From an uncultured Verrucomicrobiota bacterium (lineage in GTDB: Bacteria > Verrucomicrobiota > Verrucomicrobiia > JABWAM01), in the NCBI GenBank assembly GCA_964653025.1, contig CAZZBZ010000005.1, positions 3,571-67,570 on the forward strand: DNA of 64,000 bases, given 5' to 3'. Below are positions 37,568 through 46,700 of this stretch, piece by piece. The notes beneath the pieces are model-generated. The model saw only the letters and a program-made list of their open reading frames with translations. It did no database searches and was not told the DNA's origin. A program made the translations under genes and the position numbers. Every line of letters begins with the position of its first letter. Within the stretch, counting starts at the first letter, position 1.

Positions 37568-39042
37568 GCGTGGCCGGCGCGGCGCTTGAGGTCGAGGAAC
37601 CGGGCGAAGTGTTTCTCCCACTGCGCGGCGTCCTGCGGATCGTAGCGGCGGAGGTCGAAACTGTTGCGGACGATTTGTCGGAGGTGGGCGCGGTCCTTCA
37701 CGGCGCCGAGGCCGCGGGCCTGGATGAGGCAGTTGCCGATCGCAGTACCCTCGGCGGGGCCGGCGATCACGGGGCGGCCGACGGCGCTCGCGGTGAGCTG
37801 GCAGAGGAGGGGATTTTGCGAGCCGCCCCCGACGACGTGGAGGATCTTGAATCGGCGGCCGAGCGCCTTCTCCAGTTTGTCGAGGACGTGGCGGTACTCG
37901 AGCGCGAGGCTCTCGTAGGCGCAGCGAACCGTGGCGCCGACCCCCTCGGGGGCGGGTTGGACGGCCTCGCGGCAGGCGTCGGCGAGTTTCTTCGGCATGT
38001 CGCCCGGCTTTACGAAGCGCGGGTCGTCGGGATCCACGATGGAGCCGAAGGGGCTCGCTTCCGTGGCGAGCTTGATGAGGGCGGGGTAGTCGTACTTCGT
38101 CCCTTCCGCCTCCCAGGTACGACGGCATTCCTGGACGAGCCAGAGGCCGATGATGTTCTTGAGGAAGCGGATCGTACCGTCCACGCCGACCTCGTTGGTG
38201 AATCCGAGGTCGCGGGTTTCGTCGGTGATGCAGGGCTGGTCGATCTCCGCGCCGAGAAGGGACCACGTGCCGCTGCTGAGACAGGCCCAGTCGCCGCCCT
38301 CGGCAGGGACGGCGGCAAAGGCGCAGCCAGTGTCGTGGGAGCAGGGGACGACCACCTTCACGCGTGCACCGGTGGCGCCGAGGCCGAGGGCGGGGGAAAG
38401 GCCGCCGAGGACCTCGCCGGCGGGGACGATCGGCGGGAGGACCGAAACCGGGGTGCCGAACGCGGCGAGGATTTTCTCGGACCAGGCGCGGCGGGCGGGG
38501 TTGTAGAACTGCGAGGTGCTTGCGAGGGAGACCTCGGCGACCTTTTTTCCGCTGAAGAGGAAGTGGAAGTAGTCGGCCATCCAGAGGACCGTGCCGACGT
38601 CCTTCCACGCAGGTCCCTGACCGAGGGTGGAAGCGAGGAACTGGAAGCAGGTGTTGAACGGCATGAACTGGATTCCCGTCTCGCGATAGATCTCCTCGCG
38701 AGAGAGGCGCGCGAAGGCCTTCTCCATGATTCCATCGTTGCGCGAGTCGCGGTAGCAGTACGGCTCCTCGATGAGACGGTCGCCACGATCGAGGGTTACG
38801 TAATCCACGCCCCAGGTATCGCAGCCGAGTGCGTCGAGATCGGGGTGCTTCGCGAGGGCGTCACGAAGGGCGCCGCTCATCGCGCCGAAGAAGTGCTCGG
38901 TATCCCAGTGCCAGTGGCCCCCGATCTGTTTCGGCGTGTTGAGGAAGCGGGCGAGGACCTCGAGAGTGAGGCGGTCGTGGGCGAGCGTGCCGAGGACGGC
39001 GCGACCGCTCTCGGCGCCGAGGTCGAAGGCGAGGAGTTTCAT
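37564..39042 (-). CDS. rhaB: FGGY-family carbohydrate kinase, rhamnulokinase-like
   Basis: Start at MKLLAF (ATG 39040-39042). LAFDLGAESGRAVLG, GCDTWGVDY, SSGTWSLLG and HVVGGGSQNPLLCQLTA resemble RhaB more than FucK. Confidence 0.65.
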   Translation of the reverse strand: MKLLAFDLGAESGRAVLGTLAHDRLTLEVLARFLNTPKQIGGHWHWDTEHFFGAMSGALRDALAKHPDLDALGCDTWGVDYVTLDRGDRLIEEPYCYRDSRNDGIMEKAFARLSREEIYRETGIQFMPFNTCFQFLASTLGQGPAWKDVGTVLWMADYFHFLFSGKKVAEVSLASTSQFYNPARRAWSEKILAAFGTPVSVLPPIVPAGEVLGGLSPALGLGATGARVKVVVPCSHDTGCAFAAVPAEGGDWACLSSGTWSLLGAEIDQPCITDETRDLGFTNEVGVDGTIRFLKNIIGLWLVQECRRTWEAEGTKYDYPALIKLATEASPFGSIVDPDDPRFVKPGDMPKKLADACREAVQPAPEGVGATVRCAYESLALEYRHVLDKLEKALGRRFKILHVVGGGSQNPLLCQLTASAVGRPVIAGPAEGTAIGNCLIQARGLGAVKDRAHLRQIVRNSFDLRRYDPQDAAQWEKHFARFLDLKRRAGHA

Positions 39043-39050
39043 GGAGGGAG

Positions 39051-39078
39051 GCTGTAGCTGGTAGGCTGTAGTTTGTAG
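39051..39078. repeat. 4 x 7-nt heptad array GCTGTAG CTGGTAG GCTGTAG TTTGTAG
   Basis: Read directly, 9 nt upstream (minus sense) of the kinase start, in a visibly AT-richer 137-nt spacer. Confidence 0.85.
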
Positions 39079-39179
39079 CTCGTCGCCAAGGCACCCCATC
39101 CCCTCATGAGGAATGGGACGTGTTCATGGCTCTTGGGGTGTCGCCACCACAACCTATGATCTACAAGCTATCAACTTCC

Positions 39180-40793
39180 TCAGCAGAGCCCGCTCTCGGA
39201 GCCGCAGACGGAGGTCTCGATACCCATGGCCTGGAAGGCGGCAACCTTGGCGGCGAGGGCGAACTGGGCGCCCTTGAGGTCCTTCGCGTAGGCCACTTGG
39301 ATGTGATTGGCCTTGTGGCGGGCCATCATCTGGTCGCGAGAGATGCCGGGGAGGACGGCGTGCATGATGGGCCACTGCGGGGTGGTGGCCTTCCAGCGGC
39401 GCTCCGTCTCGGCGCGGGGGAGGGCGACGACCTTGCCGATGCCGACGTCGGCGTTAAGGCGTCCGTCGGCGACGAAGATGCGGCTCCAGACGATGACGCC
39501 GGGCTTGCTGATCCCCTTGACGGTGCCGCCGCCGAGGCGGAAGTACATCGCGGGCTGGCGCTCGCTCACGGTGCCGGCGTAGCCGCCGATGAAGTGCTTC
39601 GGGGGCGCGGCGCCGGAGATCTCGAAGACCCAGACGTAGTCGCGGATTCCCTGGCCCTTGTACGGGGCGCCCCACCGGACATCGTGGAGGGTGTTCTCGG
39701 GGTCGAGGCCGAGGGTACGCCAGAGACGGTAGGTGACGAGGCCGTCGAGGCCGGCGCATTCGTCCACCTCGTTGAAGTGGGGGAGCGCCTCGCCTGCGTA
39801 GAGGACGCGGCCGGTCTTCGCGCAGCGCGCCGGGGGACGGCTGACGTTATTAAGGAGGCCCTCGACGAGGTCGGAGGCAGGAGCCATATCCTTGAGGCCC
39901 TGCTGGTACTGGATGCCGATCGCGGCGCAGCCGAACTCGTCGGCGATGCGGAGGGCGGCGATGTACATCTTGCACTGCTCGAGGATCTGGCGATCGGTGA
40001 GGTCGGTCTCCTCGCAGGGGCCGGTCTTGAACTTCATTCCCTTGCGGTCGAGCCATGAGCGGACGGCCCGGGCCTCGGTGTCGGTGACCTCGCGCATGGC
40101 GGCGACGAGGGCGGACTGGCTGAGGCGCTCCTTATAGACGCCGGTGGGGTGGAGGAGTTCGTCGGGGATGATCGCGTTGTACATCCCCATGCAACCCTCG
40201 TCGAAGATACCCATGATCGCCTTTTTCTCACGGAGTTCGGCGGCGAGGCGGAGGCCGAGGGCGAGGGCCTTGTCGGGGAGCTTGAGATTACGAGCGGGGT
40301 GGACGTGGCTCGTGTCGTGCTGGATAAAGCCGTGATCGATCCACTGGCAAAGGCCGTGGCGGAAAGTGGCGTCCTTGAAGTTCTCACTCCAGAGGGTGCT
40401 GTATTTCACACCGGCCTTGGTGAGCGAACCGTTGAGGTTGAGCATGCCGACGAGGCCGGGCCATTGGCCGCTCCAGTTGGCAACGGTAAGGATTGGGGCT
40501 CGGTGGGAGACGAGGCCATGGAGAAGGTGGTGCGAGTACTGCCACGCGGCCTCGACGACGACGATCGGGGTATCGCGATCCACCCGGCTGAAGACCTCCA
40601 TTCCGTACTTCTGGCTATCGATGAAGCCGTGCTTCTTCTTCGCGTCGTAACCGTGCGCGCGCCGCACGGAAACGCCTTCCTTGCGAAAGGCGGCGACGAC
40701 CATTTTTTCGGCAGCCTGCTGGGCGGGCCAGCAAACACGGTTAGCGGAGAGGCGGAGGTCACCACTGGCGACGAGGAGAACAGTTTTCTTCAT
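39180..40793 (-). CDS. L-fucose/L-arabinose isomerase-family sugar isomerase
   Basis: Start at MKKTVLL (ATG 40791-40793). 537 aa. Layout and segments such as ILTVANWSGQWPGLVGMLNLNGSL and IGIQYQQGLKD resemble the FucI/AraA superfamily. Substrate unknown. Confidence 0.55.
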   Translation of the reverse strand: MKKTVLLVASGDLRLSANRVCWPAQQAAEKMVVAAFRKEGVSVRRAHGYDAKKKHGFIDSQKYGMEVFSRVDRDTPIVVVEAAWQYSHHLLHGLVSHRAPILTVANWSGQWPGLVGMLNLNGSLTKAGVKYSTLWSENFKDATFRHGLCQWIDHGFIQHDTSHVHPARNLKLPDKALALGLRLAAELREKKAIMGIFDEGCMGMYNAIIPDELLHPTGVYKERLSQSALVAAMREVTDTEARAVRSWLDRKGMKFKTGPCEETDLTDRQILEQCKMYIAALRIADEFGCAAIGIQYQQGLKDMAPASDLVEGLLNNVSRPPARCAKTGRVLYAGEALPHFNEVDECAGLDGLVTYRLWRTLGLDPENTLHDVRWGAPYKGQGIRDYVWVFEISGAAPPKHFIGGYAGTVSERQPAMYFRLGGGTVKGISKPGVIVWSRIFVADGRLNADVGIGKVVALPRAETERRWKATTPQWPIMHAVLPGISRDQMMARHKANHIQVAYAKDLKGAQFALAAKVAAFQAMGIETSVCGSESGLC

Positions 40794-40904
40794 GGGCCGC
40801 TTGTAGAAGCAGCGTGGATTGGCCACAAGGCGAAAAGTGAGTGGGGGGTTTGGAGCGATGAGTCTTGCCCGGTCGTAAGCGGGCGGGTAAGAGGGCCACG
40901 GCCC

Positions 40905-42020
40905 ATGGGCGTCCTGCACCGCTACCTCCTGGTTTCGCACCTCACCAGCCTGGGGATGACCCTGGCGGTGTTCACCTTTGTGCTTTTGCTGGGAAACATC
41001 TTCAAGGACCTGGTAGCCCTGCTGGCAAACCGGACGGTGGACCTCTGGACGATTGGCGACTTTCTCCTGCTCCTGCTCCCCTACGTGCTTTCATTCTCGA
41101 TGCCGATGGCGCTGCTGGCGGCGACGCTGCTGGTGATGGGAACCTTCTCAGCAGATGGAGAACTCACCGCCTGCCGCGCGGCAGGGTTGAGTTTTTTGCA
41201 GGTGACGGCCCCGATCTTCGGGGTGGCCGTGGTGCTGTCACTCGCCTGCCTCTGGGTGAACTGCTTTGTGGCTCCGGGGATGAAGTATCGTTTCAACCAG
41301 GCCTTCGTGGAGCTTGCGCTAAAGCGGCCGATTTCGCTTCTCGAGGAAGGAGTATACCTCCGCGACTTTGGTGACATGGTGATCTTCATCGGGCGGCGGG
41401 ACATGAAGAAAAACATGCTCTACGACGTGCGCATCACGACAATGGAGAACAACGAGATGTCGCAGGAGATCCATGCAGAGCGGGGCGCCCTTTCCGTGGA
41501 TGCGGAGCAACTCAAGTTGCACCTGCGTCTCTTCAACGCCCAGATCGACCAACGCGACCCGTCGGATCCGGAAAATATCGAGAAGCGAAAGTGGGGGATG
41601 ACGGTGGCGGAGTACCCCCTGGAACTCGACCTCACGCGATTGGTGGACCAGCGTCGCGCGGTGAAGGAGGCGCACCATCGTTCCTCAATCGACCTCTGGC
41701 GACAGGCAACGCTTCTCGGAAAACAGGGAATCCATCCCACGCCGATGTTGGTGGAGTTGCATAAGCGCCTCGCCCTAGGGACGGCCTGTTTCGCCTTCGT
41801 CATGGTGGCAGTGCCGCTCGGCGTGCGGGTCCATCGGCGGGAGACCTCGATTGGGATCCTCCTCAGCCTCCTCCTGGCAGTGGCCTATTACTTCCTCGTG
41901 CTTTTCGCGGAGGGGCTAAAGCGCAGCCCTCATCTCTTTCCCGAACTTGTCGTCTGGCTCCCCAACCTTGTCTTCCAGGCGTTCGGCGCCTATCTCTTGT
42001 GGAAACAGCAGAAGATTTGA
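40905..42020 (+). CDS. LptF/LptG-family (YjgP/YjgQ) permease
   Basis: Start at MGVLHRYLL (ATG 40905). Typical N-terminus ..YL......L....VFTFVLLLGNIFK, a periplasmic beta-jellyroll-sized loop, and three C-terminal TM helices. Confidence 0.8.
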   Translation: MGVLHRYLLVSHLTSLGMTLAVFTFVLLLGNIFKDLVALLANRTVDLWTIGDFLLLLLPYVLSFSMPMALLAATLLVMGTFSADGELTACRAAGLSFLQVTAPIFGVAVVLSLACLWVNCFVAPGMKYRFNQAFVELALKRPISLLEEGVYLRDFGDMVIFIGRRDMKKNMLYDVRITTMENNEMSQEIHAERGALSVDAEQLKLHLRLFNAQIDQRDPSDPENIEKRKWGMTVAEYPLELDLTRLVDQRRAVKEAHHRSSIDLWRQATLLGKQGIHPTPMLVELHKRLALGTACFAFVMVAVPLGVRVHRRETSIGILLSLLLAVAYYFLVLFAEGLKRSPHLFPELVVWLPNLVFQAFGAYLLWKQQKI

Positions 42021-42067
42021 GGGTTTTCCAATCGCCAGTTGCCAATGTGATTTTGAATACACGGAAC

Positions 42068-42790
42068 ATGAAACTTGGAACTCCCCAGCGTGTGCTGCTG
42101 ATCATCCCGACCTACAATGAACGGGAGAACCTATCCCGCCTGATCGAGCGCATCCCGTCGGAACCCGCCGCGGACCTCCTCTTCGTGGACGACCGTTCGA
42201 CCGATGGCACGGCAGAGTGGATCCGCGGCCTTCAGGCGCGTCGTCCGGGCACCCACCTGATCGAGCGTCCCCACAAGATGGGTCTCGGTACGGCCTACAC
42301 GGCGGGGTTCGCCTGGGCACTCGAGCGAGGATACGACTTCATCTTCGAGATGGATGCCGACCTCTCGCATGATCCCGCGGAGATTCCGAATCTCATCCGC
42401 CGCGCGAACGACGGAGCCGACCTCGTCGTGGGTTCCCGTTATGTGGACGGCATCCGTGTCATCAACTGGCCGCTTCGACGGCTTTTCTTGAGCCGCTTTG
42501 CCTCCTTCTACACATGGTTTTGGACCGGGCTTCCGCTCACCGACCCGACGAGCGGATTCAAGTGCTTCCGTCGGGAAGCGCTGGCCGCGCTCGATCTCCA
42601 GCGCATCCGATCGAACGGCTACGCCTTTCAGATCGAGGTGAGCTACTGCCTCTGGCGAAAGGGCTTCCGCCTCGCGGAAGTGCCAATCGTCTTCACCGAT
42701 CGCCACCAGGGCGTGTCGAAGATGAATCCCCGCATCGTCCGCGAGGCAGCGCTCCTCGTGCCGTGGTTACGCTTCGCGTACCGGGGTTGA
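42068..42790 (+). CDS. GT2 polyprenyl-phosphate mannose synthase (Dpm1/Ppm1-like)
   Basis: Start at MKLGTP (ATG 42068). IIPTYNERENL, FVDDRSTDGT, EMDADLSHDP and SGFKCFRREAL are Dpm1-type motifs. Confidence 0.8.
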   Translation: MKLGTPQRVLLIIPTYNERENLSRLIERIPSEPAADLLFVDDRSTDGTAEWIRGLQARRPGTHLIERPHKMGLGTAYTAGFAWALERGYDFIFEMDADLSHDPAEIPNLIRRANDGADLVVGSRYVDGIRVINWPLRRLFLSRFASFYTWFWTGLPLTDPTSGFKCFRREALAALDLQRIRSNGYAFQIEVSYCLWRKGFRLAEVPIVFTDRHQGVSKMNPRIVREAALLVPWLRFAYRG

Positions 42791-43544
42791 TCGGGGGTTT
42801 TCGAGCGAGGAAGCCGATGCTGGAGCCGGTCCAGAGCGTCAGAGGGCTGTGAAAGAGCTTGTGACGGACAGCTTCCCGAAGGCGGGCAATCGTGGAAACT
42901 TGCGGCGGCCTTGTCGGCAGGCACACAAGGCCTCGTAGCGCAAGGCGGAGGGCGCGGTAGAAGAAGGAGGGACTCATCCAACCTCCGTAGTAGCGCGCGC
43001 CGCGCAAGCCGAGCCGAGCGGCAAGTCGGCGGAGTCCCCATGGGGTATAGTAGGTTTGCCATCCCGCGAACCAGTGCCCGGTCCAGATGAAAGGCCGCGC
43101 GAAGAAACTCTCCCAATAAATCGCCTGCGGAACATCCACCACCACGGCTCCCCCCACGCGCAGCACGCGCAGGTTCTCGCGGACGATGCGGTCCGGGTCT
43201 TCCCCTCGAAAATGCTCGATGAGGCCCTGGTGAAAAACAAGATCGAGCGAGCCATCCTTGAAGGGAAGGCGGAAAGCGTCCCCCCGCACAAGAGCGACGC
43301 GCGGGTCGCCCCCCAGTCGCGCGCGACACTTCGCGAGGGAGGCAGGAGAGTAATCGAGGAGCACCGGGCGGATGCCGAGCTCGATTTGGAACGCGGCCGA
43401 TCCGCCGATTCCGCATCCCACCTCGAGGGAGCGGGTGCCACGCCAGTCGCCGTCCTCGCGCACGGCGCGCTCGATGCGTTCGTGCTGCGGGTAAAAATCC
43501 GCTGCGTCGGCGCGACTCGACCAGAATCGGTCCCAAGTGTCCAT
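42693..43544 (-). CDS. class I SAM-dependent methyltransferase
   Basis: Start at MDTWDRFW (ATG 43542-43544). LEVGCGIGG, LLDYSP, FDLVFHQGLIEHF and LRVGGAVVVDVP. Its 3' end overlaps the convergent GT2 gene by 98 nt. Confidence 0.7.
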   Translation of the reverse strand: MDTWDRFWSSRADAADFYPQHERIERAVREDGDWRGTRSLEVGCGIGGSAAFQIELGIRPVLLDYSPASLAKCRARLGGDPRVALVRGDAFRLPFKDGSLDLVFHQGLIEHFRGEDPDRIVRENLRVLRVGGAVVVDVPQAIYWESFFARPFIWTGHWFAGWQTYYTPWGLRRLAARLGLRGARYYGGWMSPSFFYRALRLALRGLVCLPTRPPQVSTIARLREAVRHKLFHSPLTLWTGSSIGFLARKPPINPGTRSVTTARGALPRGRCGDSSSTRPGGDR

Positions 43545-43618
43545 GCGAGGAGGCGGTAGGGCAGCGCGCGGCACGAGGCAAGCGCAAAGCGGGAAAGGGG
43601 AAGCGATTTGATGGTCAC

Positions 43619-43655
43619 GATCGGATGGGAACGCGAGGATTGTGCCCATCCGATC
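43619..43655. promoter_or_regulatory. perfect 11-bp inverted repeat GATCGGATGGG-N15-CCCATCCGATC in a divergent promoter region
   Basis: Read directly. Lies between the methyltransferase start (43544) and the DUF2723 gene start (43756). Confidence 0.45.
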
Positions 43656-43755
43656 AGTGAGGTTGCGAGGAGCGGGAAGACCAACGTTTTCGTCACACGC
43701 CCAGCGAGTTGTATTTGCAGAGGGCGCGGTTTCTGATAGAGGTTCCGTTTCCACC

Positions 43756-46700
43756 ATGGCGTTGCGACCACGATATTTTACCCGAACCGAGTGGCTCGGG
43801 TTCTGGATCACGACAGTTGTCTCCTTTGCCGTCTACGCCTTCACGCTTGCACCGAACGTGACGCTCGAGGACTCGGGTGAGTTCCTCACCGCGGGATACC
43901 AGTGGGGCGTGCCGCACCCGCCGGGCTACCCGGCGTGGGCGATCTCGGTAAACCTCTTTGTACGAATGATCCCCTTTGGGAACATCGCCTGGCGGGGAAA
44001 CCTGATGTCCGCCTTCTACGGCGCATTAAGCGCAGGGCTTCTCACGCTGCTCGCCTGCAAACTCGCCGAGCGACTCTGGAGCCTGGAGCGGCTGAAGAAC
44101 TTCTCCCTACCGGGGATCTCGCGGGAGGCCTTGATCCTCGTCGCGGGCTTGGTGGCCGGCCTGGTCAGCGCCTTCATCGACACGGTTTGGTCGCAGGCCA
44201 CGATCACCGAGGTCTACACGCTCAACGCCTTCTTCTTCAATCTTCTCGGCCTACTCGTCCTTCGATGGTTCGACTCACCCGCCCAGTGGCGATGGCCCTG
44301 CCTCATCTCGCTCGTCTTCGGCCTCGGCATCACCAACCACCAGACCCTGCTGGTGGCCGCGCCGGCTTTTGTTTTCGCGATGTTCTACGCCGATCGCGTG
44401 CTCTACCGCGACTGCGCGTTCCTCGCGTCGCTTACCTGCGCGATCTTCGCATGGCAGAGCAGTCTCTGGTTCATGTGGATTTTTTCGGCGGGATTCCTCA
44501 TGCACTTCCTTTCCCTGATGGTTCGCGAAGCGCGCGCATGGAACGTACGGAATCTTTTCAGCGCCACGTTCTCGATGCTTTTGGCCTCCCTTGCCATGGT
44601 CGTGTTTTCGGAGGGAGATGACCGGCCGCTCTGGATTTTTCTTTCCGCGGTGCTTCTCGCGACCTGGAGCGGCATCCTGATCTTCGACCTCGCGACGCGC
44701 CACGGGGCGCTCAAGGCGATTTCGCCGTTTCTCCTGAGCTTCCTGATGTTCGTGGTTGGAAGCAGCGTCTACCTCTACATGCCGCTTTCCTCCCACACCA
44801 ACCCTCCCATGAACTGGGGGTTCACGCGGACGGTGGAGGGTTTTCGCCACCACATCACCCGCGGCCAGTACGAGCGCATCCAGGTGGACCGCCCCATCCG
44901 CGTGCTCATGGGGCAGTACAACCAGTTTTTCAACAACCTCGAAGAGAATTTCTCCCTGCCTCTCGCGCTCCTCGGAGTGCTTCCGCTGGTGTACTTTCGT
45001 GAGTTCCAGCGTCGCGAGAAGGCCTACCTTGGGTTCACCGTCCTTTGCTTCACCTTCATGGGCTTCGTGCTGGTCCTCCTGCTCAACGCGAAGTTTGACC
45101 TCCAGTCCTCCTTCATCATCCGCGTCTTCTTCTCACTCTCGCACGGGGTGTACGCGCTCTGGATCGGTCTCGGGACGATCTTCTTGCTCCACTGGGCTCA
45201 GAGCGCGCGGCGGGCGCTGCCGGTTTTCGCCACTTCCCTCGGACTCGTGTTTGTCGCACTCATCGGCTTCCAGTTCGGGCGTGCTTGGGCCTGGGAGGCG
45301 ATCTGGCTTGCCGGCGGCACGCTCTTTGTCGGCGCCCTCGTTCGCCTCGTCCAGCACCCGGGCTGGTCCCGCGGCGCCCTCGCTTTCGTCGCTGCAATTC
45401 CGCTGGTTCCCCTCTGCATGAACTGGGCCGGAAGCGAGATGCGCGGACACGACTTTGGATGGCGCTATGGCCACGACATGCTCAAGGACTGCGATCGCGA
45501 TGCCGTCGTCTACGGGGGAACCGACCCGGGCCGCTTCGTTCCCACTTACATGATTTTCGTGGACAGCTTTCAGCCGAAGCGCTGGCGCAAGGACCCGAAC
45601 TTCGACCGTCGCGACCTGTACATCATCACGCAGAACGCCCTCGCGGACCAGACGTACATGAACTACATCCGCGGCCATTACGACACGGGCCGCGAAAAGA
45701 TGGACCGCTGGTATCACCGTTTCTTGGGCCGCGACAAACTCTACCCCAGGGATCCTTTGCGCCTGCCGAACGACCAGGAGTTCAACATGATCTTCAGCGA
45801 GGTGGTACAGTCCGCGCAAAACAACCCGCAGAGCGGCGTCACCTTCCAGCGCGACGCGATGGGGAAGGTGGTGCGAGCCAGCGTGCAGGGCGTCGAGGGC
45901 GTCTTCGCAATCAACGGGGCGATCGCCAAGTGGATCTTCGAGCAGAACAAGGCGAAGCACACCTTCTATGTCGAGGAGAGCTATCCGATTCCATGGATGT
46001 ACCCCTACCTCGAGCCGTTCGGGCTCTTCATGAAACTCAACAAGGAGCCCATCAAGGAGATCTCCCGCGAGGTCGTGAAGCGCGACATGGCGCTCTGGAC
46101 CCGGCTGGATGCCGAGTTCATGGGAAACCCGAAGTTTGTGCGCGATGACGTGGCTCGCAAGTCCTTCTCGAAGCTCCGCAGTTCCATCGGGGGTGTCTAC
46201 CTTTATCGCGGCATGCACCGCGAGGCGGAGAAGAGCCTGAGACAGTCGCTCGACTTCTATCCCGCCAGCGCCGAGGCCCGCTCTCGCCTCACCGAGTGCC
46301 TTGTCAATCAGGGGCGCTTCGACGAGGCCCTCGTCATCTGCGAGGAATGGCTTGCCCTCGACCCCTTCAACCCCGCTCCCCAGGACGTGCTCGCGAAGGT
46401 CAGCGCAATGCGCAACCTGGTCAACAAGGAAGCGGAAATGTCCTCTCTTTATGCGTCCTGTAAGAATGATCCCCAGTTCATTCTCCAGTACGCCATGGTC
46501 CTGAGGGACCGGGGCAAGGGGTCCGAGGTTGACCGTGTGGTTGACGGATATCTGGCCCTCCCCTCTTCGCCCACGGCGTGGTGGCAGAACTTCATTCAGT
46601 TCTACCTTCAGTCCAATCGGCCCGATCGCGTGGAGGCCCTTCTCCAGCGTCTGGTCAAGCGCGAGCCGAAAAACGCCCTCGCCTTCTACAATCTGGGGAT

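Noticed and set aside
36785-38608. N-terminally extended versions of real genes look like large fusion proteins in the track. Examples: the 607-aa ORF 36785-38608, 15125-16159, 47800-49677, 40149-42020, 30750-31658 and 43642-46851.
   Set aside because: The upstream parts overlap the preceding gene in another frame and read as low-complexity junk. Internal starts that give canonical N-termini, often with ATGA overlap to the upstream stop, explain them better.
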